Source: Nanobdellota archaeon | GTDB lineage: Archaea; Nanobdellota; Nanobdellia; Woesearchaeales; JAHIVG01 | DNA: 64,000 bases | Reading direction: 5' to 3' | Assembly: GCA_043806015.1 (NCBI GenBank) | Contig: JAZDHH010000015.1 | Coordinates: forward strand, 13,796-77,795 | Shown here: positions 1 through 8,923 of the stretch, in pieces | Layout: the number at the start of each line of letters is the position of its first letter | Numbering within the stretch: position 1 is the first letter of the stretch | Notes under the pieces: generated by a model | Seen by the model: only the letters and a program-made list of their open reading frames with translations | Database searches by the model: none | What the model was told of the DNA's origin: nothing | Position numbers and translations under genes: made by a program

Positions 1-1
1 A

Positions 2-361
2 CTCGTGGCAGGGGCCATCGGCTATTATGTCTACACGAAATACGTGAAAAAGCCGAAGCGGCCTGCCTATCGCCCCCAGTCATTCGTCTCGCCCCCGCCG
101 GCAAGCCAGAGACCGAGCCCTGTCGGACCGAGACAGGCGGCGCCGGCCCCGCAGCCCGTGAACCTGCGCCAGCGCTTCCAGAACGTCATCGAGAAGCGCG
201 CCAAGATGTTCGACGCCTTCGACCGCCGCGTCGAAAGGAAGGAAGGGTATGTTCCCCTGAGGCCGGAGAAAAGGACGCGGCCGATAAGAAACCTGAAGAA
301 AAGGCTGGACCGGGGAAGCCCGCAGGCAAAGCAGAGGAAGAGGGCGACTGGGTCGAGATAA
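2..361 (+). CDS. 5'-truncated hypothetical basic/low-complexity protein; reading frame appears to shift near nt ~240 and continue to 501
   Basis: Frame 2 has strong G/C third-position bias from the window start to ~240 and no stop upstream. Frame 1 (no stop from 1 to 501) becomes the protein-like frame after ~240 (…EDAFKALEGIAREGKSRKEPAKKG…KKISKK*). Confidence 0.35.
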   Translation, partial: LVAGAIGYYVYTKYVKKPKRPAYRPQSFVSPPPASQRPSPVGPRQAAPAPQPVNLRQRFQNVIEKRAKMFDAFDRRVERKEGYVPLRPEKRTRPIRNLKKRLDRGSPQAKQRKRATGSR

Positions 362-511
362 CGCCAAGGAAGGAGGACGCCTTCAAGGCCCTCGAGGGCA
401 TTGCCCGGGAAGGCAAATCCAGGAAAGAGCCAGCGAAGAAGGGAGCGGGCAAGAAGGATGAGGATGTCTTCGAGAAGCTTAAGAAGATCTCCAAGAAGTA
501 GGGGGAAACGC

Positions 512-1003
512 ATGCGAAAAGCCCAGATCCAAAGCCAGGTGTTCGTCTTCATCTTCGCCGCGGTCCTTATGGGGCTCATCTTCTTCTTCGGCTGGAAATG
601 GTTCAACCAGCTCAACGACAGCCGCAGGGAAGTCATGTTCCTCGAGTTCAAGGACGACCTCAAGGCCGCACTCGAATCAAAGCGCTACGGCGACAGGGAC
701 GAGGTGCGGCTGAAGCTGCCAGGCACTGCGAAGGAGCTGTGCTTCGTGGACCTTGACAAGGATGTAACTGCAACCACGTGGCCGGCCTCTCAAGGGCATT
801 CCCTGATGAAGGACAGTGTCGAGTCCGGCCAGCAGATCAACGCCTTCCTCGTGACTTCGAAAACTGTGCCGCTCGATTATGTGGGGAAGGTCACGGTCTC
901 TAATGCGGGTCTCATGTTCCTCTGCATCACCGCAAACGCTAACACAGTAACTTTCTGGCTGGAGGGCAAAGGTGACCATGTCGAAGTCTCGCCGACGACA
1001 TAA
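512..1003 (+). CDS. type IV pilin-like protein with class III signal peptide (MRKA|QIQSQVFVFIF…)
   Basis: Internal Met at 512 is preceded by GGGGG at 501-505. The N-terminus has the [KR][GAS]|Q-I motif followed by a hydrophobic helix. It is the first of five tandem pilin-like genes. Confidence 0.55.
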   Translation: MRKAQIQSQVFVFIFAAVLMGLIFFFGWKWFNQLNDSRREVMFLEFKDDLKAALESKRYGDRDEVRLKLPGTAKELCFVDLDKDVTATTWPASQGHSLMKDSVESGQQINAFLVTSKTVPLDYVGKVTVSNAGLMFLCITANANTVTFWLEGKGDHVEVSPTT

Positions 1004-2090
1004 GCGCGGCGCCATAGAGATGCAGTTCGCCTGGATCTTCATCCTTGTAGTAGGGGCCATCATCCTCGCCTTCTTCGTCATGATGGTGCAGAAGCACCGG
1101 ACCATCGCCAAGGAGGAGCAGATCCTGGAGATACGGACGCGGCTCGGCGCCATCCTCACGAACGCCAAGCAGAGCACAGGGACCTTGTTCAGGGTGACCT
1201 TGCCCAAGGAGCAGATGCGCCTCGACTGCTCTGGCCTCGCGATCGGCGAGAAGGGAGCGCTGATCGAAATGAGGGAAGCCTTCGGCCCAGACCTCATCAA
1301 GTCCAGCACTGGCGACACGTTCCTCTGGGTGGTTGACTGGAGCGTGCCTTTCAAGGTCGACAACATGCTGCTCATCACAACGCCGAACGTGCGATACGCA
1401 GTGGCTTACACACCAGGTGAGGTCGGCGGCGAAGACTTGCTTGAGGCCTTGCCCGACAACCTGTCCGTGACTCCCCTTGACCTAACGAGCACTAGTTTAG
1501 CCGAGGTTGTCCAAGGTCTCTCTGACCAAAACCATTACAAGGTCAGGATCGTAAGAATCAAGGAGTATAATGGGGGAGATCCAGACACGGAAATCGGGAC
1601 TGTGAGCCCCCCCGTCCAGATTACCAAGCCGAAGGACAAGGATGTAACGCTGGTCGCCATTGATATCGTTAAGCAAGGCATCGGAGACCCCCTTGACGGC
1701 TACGGGACCGTCACCTTCTACACGAAGCAAGGCAGCAGCTTTGTCAAGGTCGGCGAAGCGCCCTACTTTGGGCGGGCGCTCCTGTACGGAGCCGTATTTT
1801 CTGATAATTTCGACACCTACAACTGCACGCTCAAAAAGGCATTCGGCCACCTGCGGCAGGTCGCGACCACCCTGAAAATCCGGAGCAGCGAGCTCATGAA
1901 TTATTCCATCCAATACTCGGGCTGGTGCGGCGACCCTGCCCAGTATGACCCGAGCGTCAACAAGCTCAACGACATCATCGCCAACGCCGTGCCAGTCGGC
2001 GAAAAGATGAATTTGCTGTACGCTGCGGGCAGGCAGGTCGTAGGAGCGAACCGAGCCCTGCAGCTGAAATCCTGCCCGCTCATCTATTGA
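972..2090 (+). CDS. large pilin-like/pilus-associated protein, class III signal peptide (…KRG|AIEMQFAWIFILVV…)
   Basis: N-terminal basic residues, then G|A-I-E and a hydrophobic segment. The body is a 372-aa soluble domain. It overlaps the upstream pilin gene. Confidence 0.5.
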   Translation: MTMSKSRRRHKRGAIEMQFAWIFILVVGAIILAFFVMMVQKHRTIAKEEQILEIRTRLGAILTNAKQSTGTLFRVTLPKEQMRLDCSGLAIGEKGALIEMREAFGPDLIKSSTGDTFLWVVDWSVPFKVDNMLLITTPNVRYAVAYTPGEVGGEDLLEALPDNLSVTPLDLTSTSLAEVVQGLSDQNHYKVRIVRIKEYNGGDPDTEIGTVSPPVQITKPKDKDVTLVAIDIVKQGIGDPLDGYGTVTFYTKQGSSFVKVGEAPYFGRALLYGAVFSDNFDTYNCTLKKAFGHLRQVATTLKIRSSELMNYSIQYSGWCGDPAQYDPSVNKLNDIIANAVPVGEKMNLLYAAGRQVVGANRALQLKSCPLIY

Positions 2091-2100
2091 ACAGGAACCA

Positions 2101-2598
2101 TTGACCATGAAACGCAGCCAGATCAAGATGACAGAGAACATCGCGATCATCTTCGTATTCTCGCTCCTCCTGATGGCAGGGCTTGTCTTCTACGTCAGGG
2201 TCAAGGAAGGCATGATGAAGGACAAGCAGGCGGCTGCCAACGACCTCGAGTCCATCGAGGTCGCGCAGCGCATCGCCTACCTCTCCGAGATCCGATGCAC
2301 GCGTGACAACGTTGAAGTGCCCAACTGCATAGACGCCCTCAAGGCAGGGATCGTCGCCAAACATAGTGCCCGTTTCCCTGAAGATTACTTTTTAACCTTC
2401 GGCAGGACCAAGGTCATCCTCCGGATCGTTTATCCTCCGCCTATCGCTCCTGACACAGGCAACCTGACTATCTTCGACTTCGCCTGCACTGACTGCAAGC
2501 AGCACAAGCGGGCCTTTATCCCGGTCTCCATCTACAATCCGACAGCCCCCACAGGGTACGGCTTCGGCTACCTCGACATCACCCTGCAGCTCCCATGA
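2101..2598 (+). CDS. pilin-like protein (MKRS|QIKMTENIAIIFVF…); alternative start at 2107
   Basis: Class III signal-peptide-like N-terminus followed by a hydrophobic helix. It is tandem with the neighbouring pilin-like genes. Confidence 0.5.
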   Translation: MTMKRSQIKMTENIAIIFVFSLLLMAGLVFYVRVKEGMMKDKQAAANDLESIEVAQRIAYLSEIRCTRDNVEVPNCIDALKAGIVAKHSARFPEDYFLTFGRTKVILRIVYPPPIAPDTGNLTIFDFACTDCKQHKRAFIPVSIYNPTAPTGYGFGYLDITLQLP

Positions 2599-3062
2599 AA
2601 AAAGCCCAGACAGAAATCCTCGGCCTTGCACTGGTGATCGTGCTCATCAGCCTGGGGCTCCTCTTCGTGGTGCAGTTCCTGGTCAACAAGCAGCCTGAGG
2701 GAAGCAGGGAAGACTACCTGGACAGCCAGCTGGCGAACCATTTCCTCAGCGCCGTGCTGGTGACGCAGAGCGCGGACTGCAAGGGCAAGCTGCTCCGCGA
2801 CGTGGCCATCGCCTGCGCGGACGGGAACTACCTGACCTGCAACGGAGGGGAGACTGCCTGCGAATATTTTAATGTGACTGTTGCACAAATCATTGCCCAA
2901 TCACTCGTCGTCTGGAAACAGGATTTCGAGCTCTGGATCAACGTTTCCGGCGATGACATGTACCATAATCTCAATGGCACTTGCAAATCCTGGCGGCGCG
3001 CGACCTTCCCGCTGCAGACCCAGACGAGGGGAACGCTGATCGCCGATCTCAAGATTTGCTGA
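2595..3062 (+). CDS. pilin-like protein (MKKA|QTEILGLALVIVLI…)
   Basis: Class III signal peptide motif. Its start overlaps the previous gene's stop in an ATGA arrangement. Confidence 0.55.
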   Translation: MKKAQTEILGLALVIVLISLGLLFVVQFLVNKQPEGSREDYLDSQLANHFLSAVLVTQSADCKGKLLRDVAIACADGNYLTCNGGETACEYFNVTVAQIIAQSLVVWKQDFELWINVSGDDMYHNLNGTCKSWRRATFPLQTQTRGTLIADLKIC

Positions 3063-3124
3063 AAGCCATCGCAACCTTTAAATACTCCTGTGCAGGATAA
3101 TGCCCCAGAAACGAGGTGACCTTC

Positions 3125-3382
3125 ATGAAGGGCCAAGGAATCTCCATCAACGTGATTATCATCGCAGCACTGGCATTGCTTGTCCTTGTCGTGCTCGCGG
3201 TCGTATTCGTCAACAGGACAGACATCTTCGTCAAGAACACCGAAGGCGTGAAGTTCTGCACCGAGACGCTCGGCGGCCAATGCGTAACCAAAGTCAACAA
3301 TGCCTGCCCGACAGGGCAGATGAAGATCGGCGTCTGCGGCAATGGCGAGGACGCGCAGTTCTGCTGCAAGCAAGGCCAATAG
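3125..3382 (+). CDS. small pilin-like protein (MKG|QGISINVIIIAALALLV…) with Cys-rich C-terminus
   Basis: Class III signal peptide followed by a short soluble domain with four Cys. A T-rich terminator lies at 3386-3400. Confidence 0.55.
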   Translation: MKGQGISINVIIIAALALLVLVVLAVVFVNRTDIFVKNTEGVKFCTETLGGQCVTKVNNACPTGQMKIGVCGNGEDAQFCCKQGQ

Positions 3383-3445
3383 GCCTTCTTTCTTTTTTTC
3401 TTCACAACATTTTTAAAACCCGACCCATTCTGCCTTTTCTGAGGG

Positions 3446-4441
3446 ATGACCATGATCCAGATTCCATATGAAGACATCGTCGCCAAGATCGTCGAGAAGA
3501 GCTCGCTCACCCGCGAGGAGGTCGACGACCGGGTGCGACAGAAGTGCGAACAGCTCTCCGGCCTGATCTCCAAGGAGGGCGCTGCCCACATCATCGCCAA
3601 CGAGCTCGGCATCCGGCTGCTGGAAGGCTTCACCGGCAAGCTGCAGATCAAGAACATCCTGCCCGGCATGCGCAACGTCGAGGTCCTCGGCAGGGCTGTA
3701 GACGTCTACGACGTCAAGTCCTTCTCCACTCAGGGCCGCGAGGGCAAGGTGGGATCCTTCATCCTGGGCGACGACACAGGCACGATAAGGGTCACGGTCT
3801 GGAACGAGCAGACCCGGGCTTTCGCGAAGCTCCACAAGCAGGACACTGTCAAGATCCAGGGAGGCTATGTGCGGGACAACAACGGCCGCAAGGAGATCCA
3901 CATCAACGACCGGAGCACGATCACCGTCAATCCCTCGGGAGAGGTCGCCCCCGCGTCAGGGCCCTCGGTCGCCCGCAAGCCCCTCAAGGAGCTCAAGGAG
4001 AACGAGAGCAACGTCGAGGTCATGGGCACGGTGGTGCAGGTCTTCGAGCCCAAGTACTTCGAGGTCTGCCCGAGCTGCGGCAAGCGCATTCGGCCTGAGG
4101 GCGGCAGCTTCAGCTGCGCCGCGCACGGCGTGGTCATGCCCGACTATTCCTATGTCTGCAACGTCTTCCTGGACGACGGCACCGACAACATGCGCATCGT
4201 CTTCTTCGGCCGCCAGTCAGACCAGCTCTTCAAGAAGGACAAGGAGGCCATGCTGTCCTTCCGCGAGAACATCGCGGCCTTCGAGCCACTGAAGAACGAC
4301 CTGCTGGGGAACATCATCAAGGTGCAAGGCAGGGTGAGCAAGAACCAGATGTTCGACCGGCTGGAGCTGCTCGCCAACAGCGTCGAGGTCAGCGTGGACC
4401 CTGACGCAGAGCTGAAGCGCCTCTCTGAGCAGAAGAGCTAG
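3446..4441 (+). CDS. rpa: replication protein A-like single-stranded DNA-binding protein (OB folds plus C4-type zinc ribbon)
   Basis: Tandem OB-fold regions and a CPSCG…C…H zinc motif. A TATA-like TTTTTAAAA lies at 3410-3418. Confidence 0.8.
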   Translation: MTMIQIPYEDIVAKIVEKSSLTREEVDDRVRQKCEQLSGLISKEGAAHIIANELGIRLLEGFTGKLQIKNILPGMRNVEVLGRAVDVYDVKSFSTQGREGKVGSFILGDDTGTIRVTVWNEQTRAFAKLHKQDTVKIQGGYVRDNNGRKEIHINDRSTITVNPSGEVAPASGPSVARKPLKELKENESNVEVMGTVVQVFEPKYFEVCPSCGKRIRPEGGSFSCAAHGVVMPDYSYVCNVFLDDGTDNMRIVFFGRQSDQLFKKDKEAMLSFRENIAAFEPLKNDLLGNIIKVQGRVSKNQMFDRLELLANSVEVSVDPDAELKRLSEQKS

Positions 4442-4797
4442 GCCGGCGCGCGCCGGCATCTCCGCTGAACCCTGGTCGACCGCCCCACCCCGATTTCCCG
4501 TGCCGTGGAACAAAAGAATGCTGCTTGCGCCGGTATTTCGGCGGGTCAGTGTCGATCCGATAGACCAGCCGCCTGGCCTCGAGGTCGAGCCTTACGGTCT
4601 CCACAAACCGGGGGATGTTGCCATCGAATGCCTTGAGCTCCTTCTTCACCGCAACAAGCAGCTCGGCATGCGTAAGAGGGATCCTGCCGCACAGCCCGCG
4701 GAGTATCGCTGTCCTCATCTGATTGTATTTCCCCTTGTCGACGGTTCTCCCGGATTTGCCGCGGGGGTGCAGCGTGAGTATCTCTTCGGCCATCATC
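4389..4797 (-). CDS. hypothetical protein; weak RelE/ParE-like C-terminal motif (…RRLVYRIDTD…)
   Basis: The minus-strand ORF segment from the internal ATGATG at 4797 is the more protein-like reading of the region. The opposite-strand ORF 4500-4940 is Pro-rich junk. No partner antitoxin is evident. Confidence 0.3.
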
Positions 4798-5045
4798 ACC
4801 TGAAAGAGGAGGTGATTAATAAATGCGATTCCCTGAAAGGAGCGACGACAAGGCCGCTGCCTCGCTTCCCCATCGCCCGGGCTCCCTGCCCCGGCAATCC
4901 CGCCCTCAGACCCCACTTCCCACTGGACATCCCGGAATAGGATATTTAAAGAAGGCCGGGCACATGCTCCCTTATTGCACATCGCCTCCCGTCGCGGCAA
5001 AGGCCGTGGCGTGAAACAAAACGCGAAAAGCAAGGAGGAAAGGAA

Positions 5046-5300
5046 ATGGACAAGCCAGAGATAAAGTTCCGCGCTGGCGCTATCAGCGCAACCGTGTGGA
5101 ACAACGAGACCAAAGCCAAGGACGGCTCCCCTGCAGCCTACAAGACGATTTCTTTGCAGCGGAGCTTCAAGGACAAGGAAGGCGTCTGGAAGAACACGGC
5201 ATCATTCCGCACCGCCGACATCCCCAAAGCGATGGTGGTGCTGAACAAGGCGTACGAGCACTTGGTGCTCGCCGCCACTGAAAATGGTGATGATGAATGA
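5046..5300 (+). CDS. small protein, possibly PC4/YdbC-like ssDNA-binding fold, translationally coupled to radA
   Basis: AGGAGG RBS at 5032-5037. Its stop overlaps the radA start (ATGA at 5297). The beta-rich sequence …KTISLQRSFKDKEGVWKNTASFRTADIP… resembles the PC4 C-terminal domain pattern. Confidence 0.4.
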   Translation: MDKPEIKFRAGAISATVWNNETKAKDGSPAAYKTISLQRSFKDKEGVWKNTASFRTADIPKAMVVLNKAYEHLVLAATENGDDE

Positions 5301-6244
5301 AAAAACAGGTTGAGCTGGAGGACCTCCCCGGCGTCGGAGCGGCAACAGCGGAGAAGCTCCGCGAGATCGGCTACACAACGGTCATGGGCGTCGCGGTCGC
5401 GTCGCCCGGCGAGCTGGTCGACGCTACTGGCGTGAGCGAATCTGTGGCCAGACGCATGATCCAAGCAGCGCGAGACAGCCTCGAGATGGGCTTCGAGAGC
5501 GCTGATTTGATCCTTGAGCGACGTCAGAAAGTCGAGAAGATCAAGACCGGCTGCTCTGCATTGGACAACCTCCTCGGCGGAGGGGTCGAGACCGCCGCCA
5601 TCACGGAAGCGTTCGGCGAGTTCGGCTCCGGCAAGACCCAGATCGGGCACCTGCTCGCCGTCAAGGCGCAGATGCTGACCCAGGAAAAGGATCCTATCGT
5701 CATCTACATCGACACCGAGAACACCTTCCGGCCGGAGCGCGTCATCGACTACGCGAAGGGCGTCGGCTTCGACCCGGAGATCGCCCTCAAGAACATCAAG
5801 GTCGCCAGGGCGTACAACTCAGACCACCAGATGCTCATCGCCGAGAAGGTCGAGGACCTCATCAAGAACAAGAACCTCAACATCAAGCTGGTGGTCGTCG
5901 ATTCCCTCACCGCGCACTTCCGCGCCGAGTTCATCGGGAGGGGGACATTGGCCGAGCGGCAGCAGAAGCTCAACAAGCACCTCCATACCCTGCTCAAGCT
6001 CGCGGACGTGTACAACCTCGCCGTCTACGTGACGAACCAGGTCATGGCCAAGCCGGACACGTTCTTCGGCGACCCGACGCAAGCGATCGGCGGCCACGTG
6101 GTGGCTCATGCATCCACCTTCCGCTTGTACCTGCGCAAGGGAAGGAAAGGGACGCGCGTCGCGAAGCTTGTTGACTCGCCGAACCTACCAGAAGGAGAGG
6201 CGAACTTCGTGGTCGAGAAGGACGGGATCAAGGACGTCAAGTAG
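5297..6244 (+). CDS. radA: DNA repair and recombination protein RadA
   Basis: N-terminal HhH domain (DLPGVGAATAEKLREIGY), Walker A GEFGSGKTQ and a RecA fold. Oligo-T terminator at 6258-6278. Confidence 0.95.
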   Translation: MKKQVELEDLPGVGAATAEKLREIGYTTVMGVAVASPGELVDATGVSESVARRMIQAARDSLEMGFESADLILERRQKVEKIKTGCSALDNLLGGGVETAAITEAFGEFGSGKTQIGHLLAVKAQMLTQEKDPIVIYIDTENTFRPERVIDYAKGVGFDPEIALKNIKVARAYNSDHQMLIAEKVEDLIKNKNLNIKLVVVDSLTAHFRAEFIGRGTLAERQQKLNKHLHTLLKLADVYNLAVYVTNQVMAKPDTFFGDPTQAIGGHVVAHASTFRLYLRKGRKGTRVAKLVDSPNLPEGEANFVVEKDGIKDVK

Positions 6245-7520
6245 ACTTTGCCAATTCCTGTTTTATTTTTTCTTTTTCGTGCCAGGCCCTTGTTTCGGCA
6301 GCACGAACCAGGAAGGCTGTCCAACGATCCCAATACTTTTCGCTGAGTTCCTCGTCCGAGTTTAATACGCGTCTCGGTTCCTGAAGATTTCCAGAAAGGA
6401 AAATAAATCCATCAGAAAGACCTGCACCCATAACGACGATGCCATGATAGGTGTCATGCCGGAGCCACCCATCCTCACGTGCCATGTCATAGGCGATGGG
6501 AGCCGAAGCGCCGGAATTGTTCCCCCTTCTTTCTACGCCATGAGTGTAGATGAAATCCGTAACAAGATCGTCATCCGCAGACTTGACAAAACCCTTATAC
6601 TGCTTCGCGGCGGACAACAAACCCGGCTTGTTCGGTTGATGGGGAACGACCTGAAAATTATTAGGCGTGATCAAGGGCAGACCTCGCTCTTCCAGAATCT
6701 TATTTGCTTCAACGATGACTAGCGGCATGCGGTCGCGAAGCGTGCGGACGATGAAAGGATGCACGTCATTCCCTTTCATGATGAAATATGGTCGGGGAAT
6801 ATGATCTAGTGTTTCAGGGACAGGAAATTCGCCTTCTCGGTAGCGGAACGGATTGACGAGGCCGGTCGGCATGAGGATGTGATGTCCCTTCCCCCCATAG
6901 GTAGCAGTATCTATGAAAAGGATCTCTGGAGCCTCACTATCTTCGGCGGAAAGGACAAAGGCCGCTGCGCCATCGGAGGACATCACCCTGAATGTCCGAT
7001 CATTGGCAAGAGGATAATAGGACATTGTATCTGTTGCTAGAACCAGGTTCACTTTAGATAGAAGAGATCTATACTCTGGCCCAAACCTCGCGAAATTCTC
7101 TATCTCTTGATGCTGGAGGTTGTCACGACCGACTTCAACCGCGTTGACAAAACCTGAACAGCCCATGATCACATCCAAGGCAGGCTTTCCTTCGATGCCG
7201 AGAAGGTGACTAACCAAGGCCGAGGCTGGCGGCTCAGTGTATTCCCCACTCACATTATGCGCAACATAGACATGGGAGACATCGTCTAACGTCTTTCCGG
7301 CATCCGCCAGCGCCTTTTCCGCAGCGACGGCCGCGAGCACATAGAGATTTTGATGAGGGCCAATCCACCCGCGCGTTTCCACACCAATGGTATTTTTTAT
7401 CCAATCAGCGGTTGTATTAAGGGCAACAATCCGCTCAAGGTGCGTGTTCGGAACTTGGTACTGAGCATCCGCCCTCCCTGTACCAATAACCCGAATAGGC
7501 CTTATAGGGGAAGAATACAT
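6237..7520 (-). CDS. thiolase-fold condensing enzyme, FabH (KAS III)/HMG-CoA synthase-like
   Basis: N-terminal VIGTGRADAQYQVPNTHLERIV and an active-site-like GCSGFVNA match the FabH family. At 427 aa it carries an extension beyond a typical FabH. Confidence 0.65.
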   Translation of the reverse strand: MYSSPIRPIRVIGTGRADAQYQVPNTHLERIVALNTTADWIKNTIGVETRGWIGPHQNLYVLAAVAAEKALADAGKTLDDVSHVYVAHNVSGEYTEPPASALVSHLLGIEGKPALDVIMGCSGFVNAVEVGRDNLQHQEIENFARFGPEYRSLLSKVNLVLATDTMSYYPLANDRTFRVMSSDGAAAFVLSAEDSEAPEILFIDTATYGGKGHHILMPTGLVNPFRYREGEFPVPETLDHIPRPYFIMKGNDVHPFIVRTLRDRMPLVIVEANKILEERGLPLITPNNFQVVPHQPNKPGLLSAAKQYKGFVKSADDDLVTDFIYTHGVERRGNNSGASAPIAYDMAREDGWLRHDTYHGIVVMGAGLSDGFIFLSGNLQEPRRVLNSDEELSEKYWDRWTAFLVRAAETRAWHEKEKIKQELAKST

Positions 7521-7596
7521 TTTTCTGTAAGAAATAGGGGCATCATTAAATATTTATTGGAAAAAATTATTAAAGAACCATGATGAATCATGATTA

Positions 7597-8103
7597 ATGC
7601 GCGCCTTCATCGCCATCGATTTGCCGCAGGAAATGCATCCCGCGCTGCAGCAGATTCAGGAGCAGATCAAGGCCTTCGGCTCGTTCTCCTTCCCGAGGAG
7701 CTTCCACCTCACGCTGTTCTTCCTGGGCGAAATCTCCGAACAGCAGAAAGAGGACGTCGTGAAAAAGCTGTCGACGGCCCGCTTCTCCCCGTTTTCCTTC
7801 ACCCTGTCGGAGATCGGCTTCTTCGACAAGAGGGTGGTGTGGGCGGGCATCCGGCCTGAGGAAGAGACCATCAAGCTGCAGAAGGCCATCTGCTCTGCCC
7901 TCGGCATGCGGGATGATCGCTTCCATCCGCACATCACGCTCGCGAGGATCAAGCAGGCGAAGCCTGGCCTCAAGGAAGCGTGCGAGGAGATGAGGCTGCC
8001 TTCTGAAGAAATCCGCATCGAGAAATTCACGCTTTATAAAAGCACGCTGCTCGCTGACGGGCCGAGATACGAGACGATTGCCAGCTTCGAAGGATTTAAA
8101 TAA
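7597..8103 (+). CDS. thpR: RNA 2',3'-cyclic phosphodiesterase (LigT/ThpR, 2H phosphoesterase)
   Basis: Two H-x-T/S-x motifs (HLTLFFLG and HITLARI). The length of ~168 aa is typical. Confidence 0.85.
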   Translation: MRAFIAIDLPQEMHPALQQIQEQIKAFGSFSFPRSFHLTLFFLGEISEQQKEDVVKKLSTARFSPFSFTLSEIGFFDKRVVWAGIRPEEETIKLQKAICSALGMRDDRFHPHITLARIKQAKPGLKEACEEMRLPSEEIRIEKFTLYKSTLLADGPRYETIASFEGFK

Positions 8104-8132
8104 GAAGACTTGGCATTGAAGGCTGGTGATGC

Positions 8133-8375
8133 ATGATGCATTTTGACACTTTCCTCCTTCGCGTTGGCGACCTGCTCAAGGAATACGCAGACAAGGAGAC
8201 CTTGCCCCAGGATTTCCGCCGAGAATGCCTCAAGGCGAGAGCATCCCTAGACAATGTCCGGCGACTTTCGGATAATGTGGGCGTCGGGCATATTCAGATC
8301 AGGAAACGTCGGAAATACTTAGGGTTGGGCGGGGAGACGTATCATGCTTCTCCGGAATTGGTGTTCCAGCACTGA
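8133..8375 (+). CDS. hypothetical small protein
   Basis: ORF with coding-like codon bias in its first two thirds. No recognisable domain. Confidence 0.3.
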   Translation: MMHFDTFLLRVGDLLKEYADKETLPQDFRRECLKARASLDNVRRLSDNVGVGHIQIRKRRKYLGLGGETYHASPELVFQH

Positions 8376-8423
8376 TGCTTCTTGGCAAAGCTTTAAAAAC
8401 CGCATTCTGCCTCTTTTCCTTGC

Positions 8424-8498
8424 GGGCCCGTAGCCTAGCCTGGATAAGGCGACAGCCTTCTAAGCTGTAGATCGGGGGTTCGAATCCCCCCGGGCTCA
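8424..8498 (+). tRNA. tRNA-Arg (anticodon TCT)
   Basis: Manual cloverleaf: acceptor GGGCCCG/CGGGCTC with one G-U, D stem GCCT/AGGC, anticodon stem ACAGC/GCTGT, loop CTTCTAA, T arm GGGGG-TTCGAAT-CCCCC, discriminator A. Confidence 0.85.
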
Positions 8499-8506
8499 TC
8501 AGCCCC

Positions 8507-8923
8507 ATGACCTGCAATTTTTGCCGGATCGCGAAGCACGTCAAGCCTGAACACATCGTCTATGAGGACAAGGCAGCGGTAGCCTTCCTGAGCGTGGAGC
8601 AGCTCTCGAAGGCCCATGTGCTTGTCATCCCGAAAAAGCACATCAGGGACATCTTCGACATCGACGAGAAAACTGCCGCCCATCTGATGCGAATCACGGT
8701 GAGGGTCGCGAAGGCTGTCAAGCGGACCGTTCGGCCGGCAGGCATCAACATCTACCAATGCAGCGGCAAAGCAGCTGACCAAGAGGTCATGCATTTCCAC
8801 CTGCACATCTTCCCCCGCTTCAAGGGCGACAACCTCTTTAATATCTATAACAACCATCATCCGAAATTTCGGAGGTCTTCCTACCTTGAAGCGATCGCCG
8901 AGAGGATTAGGAGATCGCTATGA
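8507..8923 (+). CDS. HIT (histidine triad) family hydrolase
   Basis: HFHLHIFPR histidine triad motif and ~138 aa length. Confidence 0.85.
   Translation: MTCNFCRIAKHVKPEHIVYEDKAAVAFLSVEQLSKAHVLVIPKKHIRDIFDIDEKTAAHLMRITVRVAKAVKRTVRPAGINIYQCSGKAADQEVMHFHLHIFPRFKGDNLFNIYNNHHPKFRRSSYLEAIAERIRRSL

Noticed and set aside
3544-4292. Overlapping plus-strand ORFs (184 and 141 aa) in alternative frames of the RPA gene
   Set aside because: Arg/Pro/Ser-rich translations of the off-frames of a confidently assigned CDS.
4500-4940. 146-aa plus-strand ORF between rpa and the small gene at 5046
   Set aside because: Pro-rich, non-protein-like. The opposite strand gives a more plausible small protein.
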